NCBI GenBank assembly: GCA_020726405.1
Contig: DYSB01000002.1
Coordinates: 1-61,593 of the forward strand
From: Acetofilamentum sp.
GTDB lineage: Bacteria > CAIWAD01
DNA: 61,593 bases
Direction: 5' to 3'
Positions 51,105 to 61,459 of the stretch are shown piece after piece. The notes under the pieces are model-generated. The model was not told the DNA's origin. It saw only the letters and a program-made list of their open reading frames with translations, and searched no databases. Every line of letters starts with the position of its first letter. Within the stretch, counting starts at the first letter, position 1. Made by a program: the position numbers and the translations under genes.

Positions 51105-54100
51105 TTACTTGGTGAAGCGCGCGCGCTCCGTCTCCGTGACCGGACGGGCCAGCGGATTGCTGTTCACCGTCGCCACGGCCGCCGCGTCGTTGCGGGTCAC
51201 AACCTGGAACACCGTGGTGCCCGTGGTGACCGGAACGGAGTAAGACAGGCCCGTGGTGTTGGCCAGGAGGGTGTAGGTGCCGTCCATGGCCGGGGCGGAG
51301 TAGACGTCGTAGCTGGTGGCGCCGGAGACGGCCGTCCAGCTCAGGTTGGCCAGGCTGCCCGCGTAGGCGATGCTCAGCACAACGGGATCCGGATTGGCCG
51401 GCAGGGTGCCGGTGATGCAGATGTCATCCACATGCCAGTACCAGTCATAGAGGTCAATGAACTCGAACATGATCTTGACGTTGGACTGGCCCGCGGCCCA
51501 GCTGGTCAGGTCGTAGTTGTACAACCCTTCCAGGATGAACTCGGTGCCGCCGCCGTCGGTGGAGTGCCACTCGGCGATCAGCTGGGTCCAGGTCGCGCCG
51601 CCGTCGGTGGAACCGCGCACGTAGGCATCCGACCAATAACCGGCATACCCCATCCGCAGATACTGCCAGAAGTCCAGTTGGACCGTGACCGGGCCGCTGC
51701 AGTCGAAGACCGGGCTCACCAGCGCGGCATGGTCTTCCTGGGTGGAGGATCCGTACTGGATGTACGCCGTGTAGCCCTGCACGCCGTAGGTGGAGGGACC
51801 CCACTCGTTGCCGGCGCCGAGGTTCACGGAGGTCCAGTCATCCAGCGTGCCCACTTCGAAGTTCTGGCAATACTCCAGACCCGCGGGGGGCAGGATGGTG
51901 AAGGAATTGATCGCCGTGACCGCGGTGTTGTGCGCCGGGCTGGCGTCCACCGCCGTGATGGTGTAGTCGATCACCGTGCCGATGGGACGGCCGGCCAGGT
52001 TGGCCGTGTAGGTCGGGCCACCGGTCATGGCCACGTTGGTCCAGGCGCCGCCGTTGATGCGGTAGGCCAGGGTGACGGACTGCAGACCGGACGGGTCGGC
52101 CACGTTGGCGTTCACCGCGTAGGGACCCACGGTGTTCTCGGTGTTGCCCAGGGCCGTGTGTGTGATGATCGGCGCCGTGTTGTCCACGCCGGAGACGATC
52201 ATGGTCACCGGAATGGTGATGCTCGGGGTGTCGGCGTCGTTGCAGCTGAAGTTCACCTGGCCCGTGAAGGTGCCGAAGACGATGTCGGTGGCGTTGTAGC
52301 CCACCGAGAAGCTGCCGCTGCCGCTGGAAACCACCGTGCCCGAGGACGGGGTCACGCTCAGCCAGGGCGTCGTGGTGGCGAACTCGATGGCCAGGTTGTT
52401 CGTCAGGTAGGCCGTGTTGAAGGCCACCTGCAGACCGTCCGTGCCCGTCTCGTTCTCGATGCCCACCGAGCAATCGGTGGCATTGACCACGGTCAGGTAC
52501 TGGTAGACGATCCGGCCATCGGAGTGGATGATCATCTGGAAGGTCTGGTAGTCCCAGGTGCCGTAGAACGGAACGCCCGTCCACTGGACGATGAAGCGCG
52601 AATTGGCGCCATCGGCGTAGTACATCAGCGAACCGCCGGCACCAGGGTTCAGGTCGCGTATCATGCCGGCCAGCAGGGCGTTGGGATCCGCCACGTTGGG
52701 GATACCCTGGGGGGACAGCGTGTTGCTGGTGCTGGTGAAGCTCAGCCAACCGTTGGTACAAACTCGGACCGTGCTGTAGTTCACGCCGTAATAATTGAAC
52801 GTGAAGCCCAGGTTGAACGGACCGTAGTTGGTGTCGTCGGTGTTGCCGACCACGGTGCCGATGCCGCTGATGTCGAACCAGCTGAAGGCCGGCCCGCCGG
52901 GCTCGTTGGAATCCTTCCAGGAGTAGCCGAAGGCGTCCGGGCCACCCGACAGGCGGGCGGCTTCGCCCTGACGCGGGTCGGCCTGGCCCTTGGCCAGCTC
53001 AAGGTAGGGCACCGTGGAGGCGGCGCTGAAGGTGCTGACGCTGGCGGTCCAGAGCAGGTCGCCTTCGCCCGTGTTGCTCACGTTCACGATGTCCGAAGCC
53101 GTTCCACCAGGGGAGACGGTTTCGCTCAGGCTGAGGGGATTCACCTCAACGTTGGGATATACGGCGTCAGGCGGGATGATCTCGTCCACCCAGGCGCAGT
53201 CGCTGCCCGTGTCGACGCTGCCGTCCTTGGAGTAGGTCCAGGTGAAGGTGTGGTTGCCCACGGCGACCGGGTAGGTGGCCTGGGTCCAGTCGATTTCGCC
53301 CGACCACGCGTCCTGCTGGACGCCGTCGATGTAGAAGCGCAGGTAGTCGAAACTGGACTCGGAGGACACCTTGTAGCGGAAGGTGATCGTGCCCGGGCTG
53401 GGAACGGCCATCCCCATGTTCATGGTGGAAGTCTGGCCGGCGGTGATCAGCCCGCTCTTGGCGGCGTAGGTGCCTTCGTAGACCACGTTGCTGACGATGG
53501 TCCAGGGAGCGTTGCCGCCCTGGGTCCAGTTGAAGGCAGCGAAGTTGCCCGACTCGAAACCTTCATAGATCGGCAGGTGGAAGTCCAGCGTCTGCGCGGC
53601 GTTGAAGGTGACGGTCTGGCTCTGGCTGCCCACGCCCAGCTTGAAGGCCGTGACGTTGTAGGTGAAGCCCACCGGGATGGAGGTGCTGTAGAAGCCGCCC
53701 GCATTGGTGGTGGCGTTGGGCAGGATCACGTTGGTGAAGTCGATGGTGGCACCCGACACCGGGTTGTTGTCGGCGTCATAGACGAAGCCGGACAGCACGG
53801 CGGAGGGGGCCGGAGACAGCGCCACGTTCTGGGTGGTGGTGACGTCGGCCACGATGTTCACGGCCTGATTCTGCGCCACGTACCCGAAGGCGGAATACTG
53901 CATGGCGTAGGGGCCTTCGGCCATCATCATGCTGTAGGCGCCGGAGGCGTTGGTGCTGGAGATCTGGGGACCGGCGGTGTTGCTCACGCTGGCGCCCTCG
54001 ATGGGCAGACCCGAGCTGGAGCTGGTCACCGTGCCGGCCAGCGTGCCGTAGCCTTCCATCACGGCCAGCACGGCCGCGTAGGCGTCGATGTGTCCGTGGC

Positions 54101-55481
54101 CGTAGGTGTTGTCTTCAACCCCACCAGCGGTGTCCATCAGGATCTGCTTGATGGTGTTCACGTCCACGTTGGGGTTGGCCGAACGCATCAGGGCCACCAC
54201 GCCGGCCACGTGCGGACCGGCCATGGACGTGCCGCTCATGGTCGTGAAGCCGCCACCCGGATAGGTGCTGTAGGTGTCCACGCCCGGGGCGGACACTTCC
54301 GGCTTGATGGGATAGGGCGCGGGCGAGCAGGTGGAGGGCCCGCGGGAGGAGAAGCTGGCGATCACGTTCCCGTTGACGGGGTCCGTCGCGCCCACGGAGA
54401 AGCAGCTGTAGGGGGTGACGCAGCGGTCGCCCGGGCTGCGCAGGGTGCTGGCGCCCGGACCCTCGTTGCCCGCCGAGAAGGTCACACAGACGCCCGAGGC
54501 TTCGCAGTTGTCGATGGCGGCCCACCAACGGCTGTCGCAATCGACGTAGCCGCTGAAGCCTTCGTTGACGCCCCAGCTGTTCTGCACCACGTCGGGCACG
54601 TCGTCCAAGGTGGCCGGATTTCCGTCCGGATCCGCCATGAACTGGAAGGAGGCGATCACGGCGTTGTCGAACACGGAACCCGTGCCGCCGGCGATCACGT
54701 TGCTGGCGATCCACATGGCGCCCGGCGCCACGCCCACGTCGCTGCCACCCACCATCGTGCCGGTGGTGTGCGTGCCGTGGCCGTGGCCGTCCTGGGGCGT
54801 GGCGTGACCCAGACCCGAGGCGTCCAGCCAGCACTCGCTGACCGGGTGGCCGTTATTGCCGCGCCAGCGCGTGCTCAGCGCCGGGTGCGTGCCGTCCACG
54901 CCTGTGTCGATGCTGCCCACCAGGGCGCCGGCGCCGTTGACGCCGAGCAGGCTCCACACGTCGTCGGCGTTGATGGCCGCCAGGCCGGCGGTGATCACGC
55001 GGTTGCCGTTGTCCTGCTCGATGACCAGGCCCTTCGCCGGGATCACGGGCAGCACGGCGTCCACCACCAGGTCCACTTCAGCCAGGTCGATGTCGCCACG
55101 GGCTGCCAACTGCCGCAGAACGGAGATGGGGGCGTTGACCACGACGGCGTTGGTGATCCAGTAGGGCGTGAAGCCGTTCACCTTGCCCGCGGTTTTCAGG
55201 GCCGCCAGCTCGTTCAGCAGGTCGGTCTGGGTCCGGGTGGCGGTGGACATCAGTTCGGTGATCACCAGCTCGTGACGCTCAGCCAGGCTGGCCTTGCGGT
55301 CCCGCAACTGCTGATCCAGGTCGGCCACCTTGGCCTGTTCCTTCAACGAGAGCAGCACTTTGATGCTCTCCGTCGAGGATTTGCCCGCCACGTAGCGTTC
55401 AAGCCCGTCCGAAAAACTTCCAGCCAGCACGGAACCCGCGAGGGCCATGCTGACCGCAAATCCACTCAACGCTCTGCGCAT
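51105..55481 (-). CDS. S8-family subtilisin-like serine peptidase, about 1458 aa, secreted, with an extended accessory cassette
   Basis: AAGGAGGAAGG upstream of ATG 55481. D (GSIDTGV), H (HGHGTHTTG) and S (SGTSMAGPHVAG). Two CarboxypepD_reg-like domains follow, then jelly-roll, Ig, NIDO-like, Ig, Ig, MAM-like and FN3-like. Confidence 0.9.
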   Translation of the reverse strand: MRRALSGFAVSMALAGSVLAGSFSDGLERYVAGKSSTESIKVLLSLKEQAKVADLDQQLRDRKASLAERHELVITELMSTATRTQTDLLNELAALKTAGKVNGFTPYWITNAVVVNAPISVLRQLAARGDIDLAEVDLVVDAVLPVIPAKGLVIEQDNGNRVITAGLAAINADDVWSLLGVNGAGALVGSIDTGVDGTHPALSTRWRGNNGHPVSECWLDASGLGHATPQDGHGHGTHTTGTMVGGSDVGVAPGAMWIASNVIAGGTGSVFDNAVIASFQFMADPDGNPATLDDVPDVVQNSWGVNEGFSGYVDCDSRWWAAIDNCEASGVCVTFSAGNEGPGASTLRSPGDRCVTPYSCFSVGATDPVNGNVIASFSSRGPSTCSPAPYPIKPEVSAPGVDTYSTYPGGGFTTMSGTSMAGPHVAGVVALMRSANPNVDVNTIKQILMDTAGGVEDNTYGHGHIDAYAAVLAVMEGYGTLAGTVTSSSSGLPIEGASVSNTAGPQISSTNASGAYSMMMAEGPYAMQYSAFGYVAQNQAVNIVADVTTTQNVALSPAPSAVLSGFVYDADNNPVSGATIDFTNVILPNATTNAGGFYSTSIPVGFTYNVTAFKLGVGSQSQTVTFNAAQTLDFHLPIYEGFESGNFAAFNWTQGGNAPWTIVSNVVYEGTYAAKSGLITAGQTSTMNMGMAVPSPGTITFRYKVSSESSFDYLRFYIDGVQQDAWSGEIDWTQATYPVAVGNHTFTWTYSKDGSVDTGSDCAWVDEIIPPDAVYPNVEVNPLSLSETVSPGGTASDIVNVSNTGEGDLLWTASVSTFSAASTVPYLELAKGQADPRQGEAARLSGGPDAFGYSWKDSNEPGGPAFSWFDISGIGTVVGNTDDTNYGPFNLGFTFNYYGVNYSTVRVCTNGWLSFTSTSNTLSPQGIPNVADPNALLAGMIRDLNPGAGGSLMYYADGANSRFIVQWTGVPFYGTWDYQTFQMIIHSDGRIVYQYLTVVNATDCSVGIENETGTDGLQVAFNTAYLTNNLAIEFATTTPWLSVTPSSGTVVSSGSGSFSVGYNATDIVFGTFTGQVNFSCNDADTPSITIPVTMIVSGVDNTAPIITHTALGNTENTVGPYAVNANVADPSGLQSVTLAYRINGGAWTNVAMTGGPTYTANLAGRPIGTVIDYTITAVDASPAHNTAVTAINSFTILPPAGLEYCQNFEVGTLDDWTSVNLGAGNEWGPSTYGVQGYTAYIQYGSSTQEDHAALVSPVFDCSGPVTVQLDFWQYLRMGYAGYWSDAYVRGSTDGGATWTQLIAEWHSTDGGGTEFILEGLYNYDLTSWAAGQSNVKIMFEFIDLYDWYWHVDDICITGTLPANPDPVVLSIAYAGSLANLSWTAVSGATSYDVYSAPAMDGTYTLLANTTGLSYSVPVTTGTTVFQVVTRNDAAAVATVNSNPLARPVTETERARFTK
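51195..51392 (-). other. FN3-like domain near the C-terminus of the large S8 protease, followed by a 29-aa tail
   Basis: VVLSIAYAGSLANLSWTAVSGATSYDVYSAPAMDGTYTLLANTTGLSYSVP...VFQVVTRN. Confidence 0.6.
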
Positions 55482-55802
55482 CCTTCCTCCTTTTTCCAGG
55501 GTGTCCCGAGTGTCCAATAACCGGCGGATGACACGCAAACAACCTGCGTTTCCGCTGCCTTGGGCCGCACGTTGCACCACAAGAGCTAAAACAATGTTAA
55601 TGCTTCGAAAAGGTTGGTTGTGTGAACCTGTTCCAGACTGTTGGTCCGTTGTTTCGCGAGCAAAGGCCGTGCCGAGCTACCTGCAGGTTTTTCAGCAAGT
55701 TCTGGCGATTTGTCCGCCCGGCGATCCCGTCCGGCGCTCTGTGTCCAGGTCAGCACATGATTCCCCTTGCCAATCCGGCCGGGCATTGTTTCCATCCATA
55801 CC

Positions 55803-57110
55803 ATGATCGGATTCGCTCCCGCCCCACTTTACCGGCCCGCCGTCCAGCTCATCGCCCGCCTGCGGGCCGCGGGTCACGAGGCCTACATCGCCGGCGGCGC
55901 CGTGCGGGATTACCTGCTGGGCCGCCCGCAGAGCGATTTGGACATCGCCACATCAGCTCGTCCCGACCAAGTGAAGGCCTTGTTCCGCCGAACCTTCGCC
56001 GTTGGGGAAGCCTTCGGCGTGGTGATCGTGCACCATCAGGGACAGGCCTTCGAAGTCGCCACCTTCCGCGAGGAGGAAGGCTACCTGGACGGCCGGCGCC
56101 CCAGCCAGGTCAGTTTCTCCACCGCCCGGGCCGACGTGGCCCGCCGGGATTTCACCATCAACGGCATGCTCTGGGACCCGGAACGCGAGGAAATCCTGGA
56201 CTGGGTGGAGGGCCGCGCCGACATCCAGCGCCGGCTGGTGCGCACCATCGGCGATCCGGAAGCCCGCTTCGGCGAGGATCGGCTGCGCATGCTGCGGGCG
56301 CTGCGCTTCAGCGCCCAGCTGGACTTCGAGCTGGATGCCGCGACCCTGGCAGCCATCCGGCGGCAGGCCATCCACCTCCCCGTGGTCAGCCTGGAGCGGA
56401 TCCGGCTGGAACTGGAAAAGCTGTTCGCAGCACCCACAGCGCAGCGCGGCTTGGTCCTGCTGGAGCCTAGCGGGCTGGGGCCCGTGCTACGCGAGTTGGT
56501 GCGCGCGGATGCCCTGCGGCAGGCCGGCAAACGGGCCGTCCAGCTGGGCTCTTGCGCGGATTGGAATTGGTTGGAGAGTTGGGCCGGGGTCCGGGATCCG
56601 CAAACCGGTCCGCTGGGCTTCCAGGGCCTGCTCTGCTTTCTCTTGGATGTTGCCGGCTTCGGACCGGACTGGTGGCGACCTGCCCATGCCCCGTTGGCCC
56701 AGGCCAGCCTGGACGCCCTGGGCCGGGCTCTGCGCTTCTCCCGCGTGGAACTGGCCAAGGCGCGCACCGTCGCTTGGCTGTGCGCCGGGCTGCCCGAGTT
56801 TCCCCGCCTGCGGTTGGCCGATCAGCTGCGCTGGCTGCGCCAGACGGAACGGGGCTGGCTACTGCCGGTGCTGCGGCAGCCGCTTCTCTGGCCGGACCTG
56901 CCGCTAGAGTTGATGAACCGATTGATTGACCGGCACCAGGCGCACTGGCAGCCGTCGCCTCTGCTGCGCGGCGAGGAGCTGCAGGCCCACGGCCTGAGTG
57001 GCCCGGCGCTGGGCCGCGTGATGGACGAGCTGGAGGCGCAGCAGCTGGAGGGCGCCCTTGCCACCCCGGACGAAGCCCGCCGCTGGCTGGCCACCCATGG
57101 CGGCGCCTGA
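55803..57110 (+). CDS. cca: CCA-adding tRNA nucleotidyltransferase / poly(A) polymerase family
   Basis: AYIAGGAVRDYLLGRPQSDLDIAT and RRDFTINGM. The start is taken at ATG 55803; a TTG at 55767 is also open. Confidence 0.85.
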   Translation: MIGFAPAPLYRPAVQLIARLRAAGHEAYIAGGAVRDYLLGRPQSDLDIATSARPDQVKALFRRTFAVGEAFGVVIVHHQGQAFEVATFREEEGYLDGRRPSQVSFSTARADVARRDFTINGMLWDPEREEILDWVEGRADIQRRLVRTIGDPEARFGEDRLRMLRALRFSAQLDFELDAATLAAIRRQAIHLPVVSLERIRLELEKLFAAPTAQRGLVLLEPSGLGPVLRELVRADALRQAGKRAVQLGSCADWNWLESWAGVRDPQTGPLGFQGLLCFLLDVAGFGPDWWRPAHAPLAQASLDALGRALRFSRVELAKARTVAWLCAGLPEFPRLRLADQLRWLRQTERGWLLPVLRQPLLWPDLPLELMNRLIDRHQAHWQPSPLLRGEELQAHGLSGPALGRVMDELEAQQLEGALATPDEARRWLATHGGA

Positions 57111-57141
57111 CAGCCGCATCCTCAAATTCTGGAGCCCCACC

Positions 57142-60120
57142 ATGCAATTGCGCCCCACCCAAATGCAGCTGGGAATGCTGACCGGCCTGCTCGTTGCAAC
57201 GGCTTGCCTGCGAGCCTGGGGCTTGCCCAGCGCCGCGGACTGGGGCGGCTTCCGCGACGGCTCGCGCTTCGCCCATCGTGCCACGTCTGCCACCGGGGAG
57301 AATTCCGCACACGAGTTCGACCGCCAGGACAGCCTGCACGCCTGGGACGCGCTGTCCTACGAGGTCGCGCTGGCGCTGGAGTTCAATCCGGCCCAGCTGG
57401 AAGCGACAGTCCGCGTGATGCTGGTGGCGCGCGAGCCGTTGAATTGGCTGGATTTGCATCTACGCGGCTACGAGATCCACTCCGCCCGCATCAACGGGCA
57501 GCCGGTGGCATGGTCTCGGGAAGAGGACCGGCTTCTGTTGGATCTGAGCACTCAGCCAGTCGCGGCGGGCGACAGCCTGTTGGCCGAACTGCAGTACTCC
57601 GGCCCACCGGTGGTCCACGCCGGAACCGGCCTCTTCGTCGCGCCGCAGATCGCCTACACGCTGTCCGACCCCTGGGGCACGCGGAACTGGATCGCCTGCT
57701 TCGACGAACCCCACGACAAGGCTCTGTGGCGCGTTTCTGTCCGGGCGGACAGCAGCTTCTCGACCTTAAGCAACGGCGTGTTGGAGAGCATCCAGCCACA
57801 CGGGGACGGCACCGGCACCTGGTCCTATCGCCATGACCGGCCCATGAGCAGCTACTTGGTGAGCATCGTTTGCGGCCGGCTCAGCATTCTGGAGGATGAG
57901 TGGCAAGGACTTCCTTTGCGCTGGTTCGTCAATCCGCAGCATGTGGGCGCGGCGGAGCAAGCCGTCTCCAGAATGGCTCAAATGCTCGAGTGCTTCTCGG
58001 GTCTCTGGGGCGACTATCCCTTTGAAGGCTACGCCATGGGCGAGGCGCCTATCTATGGTGGCATGGGTGGCATGGAGCACCAGACCTGCACGACCATCGG
58101 CAACGGAATCATCGCGGCGGGCCTGCAATACGAGTCCATCATCGCCCACGAACTGAGCCACATGTGGTGGGGTGACGCCCTGACTCCCGTGGATTTCCGT
58201 CAGGTCTGGCTGAATGAAGGCTGGGCCACGTACGCGGAAGCCCTGTATTTCCAGCACTTGGCCGCTGGCGACGAGACCGTGTTCCTGGACTATCTGCAGG
58301 AAATCCAGCAAACCTATCTCAGCTGGGACAGCGAGTATCTACCGATTTTCGCGCCGCCCGCCGACGACCTGTTCAACATCAGCCAGTACGAGAAGGCGGC
58401 TTCCGTCCTGCACATGTTGCGCGACCTGCTGGGCGACGCGGCCTTTGCCCAGGCCCAGCGCGACTGGCAGACCGACCACAGCTACGGCACGGTGAGCACG
58501 GCGGAATACCAGGCGGCTCTGGAGACCGCGGGCAACCAGGAGCTGGACTGGTTCTTCCAGCAGTGGATCTACAGCGGCGGCTATCCCACCTACCAGCACC
58601 GCACCGAACTGCGCCAGCAGGCCGACGAGTGCCTGGTCCATTTGACAGTCAGCCAAAGCCATCCCCGGTTGGACAGCTTCCGCGCGCGCGTGCCGCTGCG
58701 GCTGGTGAGCAGCCTGGCCACCCTGGACACCCTGGTCTGGCTTGAGCTGCCAACCCAGCAGTTCAGCTGGACCCTGCCCGGCGTCTTCGACACGTTGATC
58801 TTCAATCATCGGCATCCCGTGCTGTGCCGTCAGCAGGCCCTGCCACCCCAGCCGGGTCCGCCCCAATGGCGCGTGCTGGCGCTGGAACTGGATGATAGTC
58901 AAGGTGGGAATGGCGACGGGGATCTTGCCCAGGGCGAAAGTGCCTGGCTCTCCCTGCAGCTGGAGAACACCGGCGGCTGGGACACGGATGTCCAGTTCAG
59001 CCTGTCCGGCAGCGGCGTGGAGATCGGTGGCACGTGGGACGCGATCCCGGAAACGGGCGGTGGCATGGTGCATGACCTACCACTGGGACAAGTTCAGCTC
59101 GCCGGGCTGGAATCCGCCGCAGCCGGCTATCTGAATCTCACCCTGGGCTCGCGCAGCGCGCAATACCCGGAACAGCAGACCATGCTGCAACTTCCAGTGG
59201 GAGATCCCTGGCTGCTAGTGGTGGCCGCGGGCTCCCAGTCCGCCCTGCTGCCTTTCTATCGCGAGCAGCTGGATTCGCTCCGTGTCTTCTCCGACGTCCT
59301 GGATCCGCTGCTCACGCCCCTGCCCGAGACCTTGCGCCCCGACCATCACAGCCTGATCTGGCTGACTGGGGCCAGCGGTCAGTCCCTCTCCAGCGCCCAG
59401 GCGCAGTGGCTGGCGGCGCGGGAAAACGAACAGACGGGGCTGCTGATCTGTGGGCAGGACGCGTTTGACCCGCTGGACCCGCCCTTCCTGGATCGCATCG
59501 AGATCTTGAACCCGGACGTGAACGAAGTGCTGGTGGACGGCGAGGGGGAATTGGCGGGCTTGAGCGCCCTGCTCATCGGCGCGGGCGGGGCCCAGAACCA
59601 GACGTCGCCCAGCTCGCTGACTTGCCCCAACGGTTCGTGCCTCGTGCTGGCGCGCTATCGCAACAGCCAGGAGCCGGCCATGCTGCTGCTGGATTGGCAG
59701 GCCAGTTCCCACCGAGTCATCACCGCTGGATTCGGCCTGGAGGCGATCTCCGGCATGGCCGGCACCAGCAGCCGGCGCGACTGGCTGGGCCGGCTGGCTC
59801 CGTTGCTGGACGTGGAAGTTTCCGTCGCCCCCGGCCCGCCCGCCGCGACCCAGCCCGGCGGCTTGGTCCTGGGGGACGCGCAGCCCAATCCTTTCAACCC
59901 GACGACCACCCTTTTCTATCAACTGGATCGTCCGCAGGAAGTCAGCCTGCAGGTGCACGACCTACTGGGCCGGCAGGTGGCCCGCTCGTCGGAAGGTCGG
60001 CGAGCGGCCGGAATCCACCAGCTGCGGGTGGATGGCAGCGGCTTGGCCGCCGGACTCTATCTGGTAACCGTCCAGGCGGGCGGACAGCGTGCCACGCGCA
60101 AGGTCCTGCTGCTGAAATGA
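57142..60120 (+). CDS. M1-family metallopeptidase with a T9SS type-A C-terminal domain
   Basis: GGMGGMEHQT (GAMEN-like), then HELSHMWWG-x18-WLNEGWATY. The C-terminus reads AQPNPFNPTTTLFYQL...GLYLVTVQAGG...KVLLLK. Confidence 0.9.
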   Translation: MQLRPTQMQLGMLTGLLVATACLRAWGLPSAADWGGFRDGSRFAHRATSATGENSAHEFDRQDSLHAWDALSYEVALALEFNPAQLEATVRVMLVAREPLNWLDLHLRGYEIHSARINGQPVAWSREEDRLLLDLSTQPVAAGDSLLAELQYSGPPVVHAGTGLFVAPQIAYTLSDPWGTRNWIACFDEPHDKALWRVSVRADSSFSTLSNGVLESIQPHGDGTGTWSYRHDRPMSSYLVSIVCGRLSILEDEWQGLPLRWFVNPQHVGAAEQAVSRMAQMLECFSGLWGDYPFEGYAMGEAPIYGGMGGMEHQTCTTIGNGIIAAGLQYESIIAHELSHMWWGDALTPVDFRQVWLNEGWATYAEALYFQHLAAGDETVFLDYLQEIQQTYLSWDSEYLPIFAPPADDLFNISQYEKAASVLHMLRDLLGDAAFAQAQRDWQTDHSYGTVSTAEYQAALETAGNQELDWFFQQWIYSGGYPTYQHRTELRQQADECLVHLTVSQSHPRLDSFRARVPLRLVSSLATLDTLVWLELPTQQFSWTLPGVFDTLIFNHRHPVLCRQQALPPQPGPPQWRVLALELDDSQGGNGDGDLAQGESAWLSLQLENTGGWDTDVQFSLSGSGVEIGGTWDAIPETGGGMVHDLPLGQVQLAGLESAAAGYLNLTLGSRSAQYPEQQTMLQLPVGDPWLLVVAAGSQSALLPFYREQLDSLRVFSDVLDPLLTPLPETLRPDHHSLIWLTGASGQSLSSAQAQWLAARENEQTGLLICGQDAFDPLDPPFLDRIEILNPDVNEVLVDGEGELAGLSALLIGAGGAQNQTSPSSLTCPNGSCLVLARYRNSQEPAMLLLDWQASSHRVITAGFGLEAISGMAGTSSRRDWLGRLAPLLDVEVSVAPGPPAATQPGGLVLGDAQPNPFNPTTTLFYQLDRPQEVSLQVHDLLGRQVARSSEGRRAAGIHQLRVDGSGLAAGLYLVTVQAGGQRATRKVLLLK
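59869..60117 (+). other. T9SS type-A C-terminal domain
   Basis: LGDAQPNPFNPTTTLFYQLDRPQEVSLQVHDLLGRQV...AGLYLVTVQAGGQRATRKVLLLK. Confidence 0.8.
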
Positions 60121-60366
60121 TCAGTTCAAGCCACTGGGCTGTAGCCGGAAACGACAACGGCCCCCATTGCTGGAGGCCGCTGTACTGGGAGGTGTGAAAC
60201 GGGTCGCGTCCAGCTTGGATGATTCCGCCAGGATCCGCACTGGACGATCGTTAAGGTTATGAAATGAATTTGCGTTGTCAATAAGTCACAGAGATTTTGT
60301 CCAGGTCAGATCAGATGATTTTGCCAAGTCAAATAGTATGTTGCCAAAAAGGTCGAAAGGATTAGC

Positions 60367-60774
60367 ATGCAACGAGATACGCGCCAACGTCGAGCCATTC
60401 GAGAAGTTGTGATGGTCCAGGCCAGTCCCCTGACTCCGCTGGAGATTCTCACGGAAGCGCAAAAATTGGTGGCCCGCCTGGGCCTGGCCACCGTGTATCG
60501 CAATCTGCGCATGCTACTGGACGAGGGCTTCCTGCGGGAAGTGCTGATCCCCGGCGACTCGCCCCGCTACGAGCAGGCCGGCAAGGGTCATCACCACCAC
60601 TTCTTCTGCTTTCGCTGCGGCAAGGTCTTCGAGATTGCCGGTTGCCGCCCCGAGGTGAACACCCTGGTGCCGGCGGGTTACATCCAGGAATTCCACGAGT
60701 TGACTTTCTACGGAAGCTGCGCCGGGTGCGCGCTGGAAGTCGCGGAAGAGTCAGGCAACGCCGGAACCCGCTGA
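60367..60774 (+). CDS. Fur-family metalloregulator (PerR/Zur-like)
   Basis: QRRAIREV...LATVYRNLRMLLDEGFL winged helix, then HHHHFFCFRCGKV...CAGC. Confidence 0.85.
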   Translation: MQRDTRQRRAIREVVMVQASPLTPLEILTEAQKLVARLGLATVYRNLRMLLDEGFLREVLIPGDSPRYEQAGKGHHHHFFCFRCGKVFEIAGCRPEVNTLVPAGYIQEFHELTFYGSCAGCALEVAEESGNAGTR

Positions 60775-60796
60775 GTTTTGGTCAACCTAACTTAGC

Positions 60797-61417
60797 ATGA
60801 CCGCCCAATTACATGGCGCTGTCATGCCTGGCATCGTGCGCCGCCTCACCCCTCTGGGCCTCTTCCTGCTCTGTTCCTGCGGCCTGAACCAGCGCAAGCT
60901 CGATTCCAACGCCGGCACGGAGAACGGGAGTCCCAGCTTGAATCACCAACTGACCCGCATCGACGGCACCACGGAGTCCATGACGGACTACCGCGGCAAA
61001 GCCCTGCTCATCGTCAACACGGCCTCCAAGTGCGGCTTCACCAAGCAGTACGCCGGTCTGGAAGAGCTGCACCGGCGCTACTCGGCCAAGGGCCTGGTGG
61101 TGATGGGCTTTCCCTGCAACAACTTCATGGGCCAGGAACCCGGGGCCAACGCGGAAATCCTCGAGTTCTGCCAAAGCACGTTCCAAGTGGACTTCCCCAT
61201 GTTCGCCAAGCTCACCGTCCAGGGCGACAGCATCCACCCGCTCTACAAGACCCTGACCAGCGAGATCGCCGAAACCCTGCGCGGCCCCATCAAATGGAAC
61301 TTCACCAAGTTCCTGGTGAACCCGGCCGGCCAAGTGGTGGGCCGCTTCGAGCCCAAGGTGGAACCGCTGGACGCCGAGCTGCTGGCCGCCATCGAGGACG
61401 TGCTGCCCGTCCGCTGA
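60797..61417 (+). CDS. Glutathione peroxidase (Cys-type) with an N-terminal signal or lipoprotein-like sequence
   Basis: NTASKCGFTKQY, FPCNNFMGQEP and IKWNFTKFLV. N-terminal LGLFLLCSCG. The start is uncertain among ATGs at about 60797, 60813 and 60824. Confidence 0.85.
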   Translation: MTAQLHGAVMPGIVRRLTPLGLFLLCSCGLNQRKLDSNAGTENGSPSLNHQLTRIDGTTESMTDYRGKALLIVNTASKCGFTKQYAGLEELHRRYSAKGLVVMGFPCNNFMGQEPGANAEILEFCQSTFQVDFPMFAKLTVQGDSIHPLYKTLTSEIAETLRGPIKWNFTKFLVNPAGQVVGRFEPKVEPLDAELLAAIEDVLPVR

Positions 61418-61459
61418 CGCCGTCCCGGGCCGTGATCCACCTGTGTTTGGCCGTGAAGA

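Noticed and set aside
60240-60366. Fur/PerR box in the AT-richer region upstream of the fur-family gene.
   Set aside because: Only scattered AAGTCA/TTGCCA repeats are present. I could not find a convincing 7-1-7 or 19-bp palindrome.
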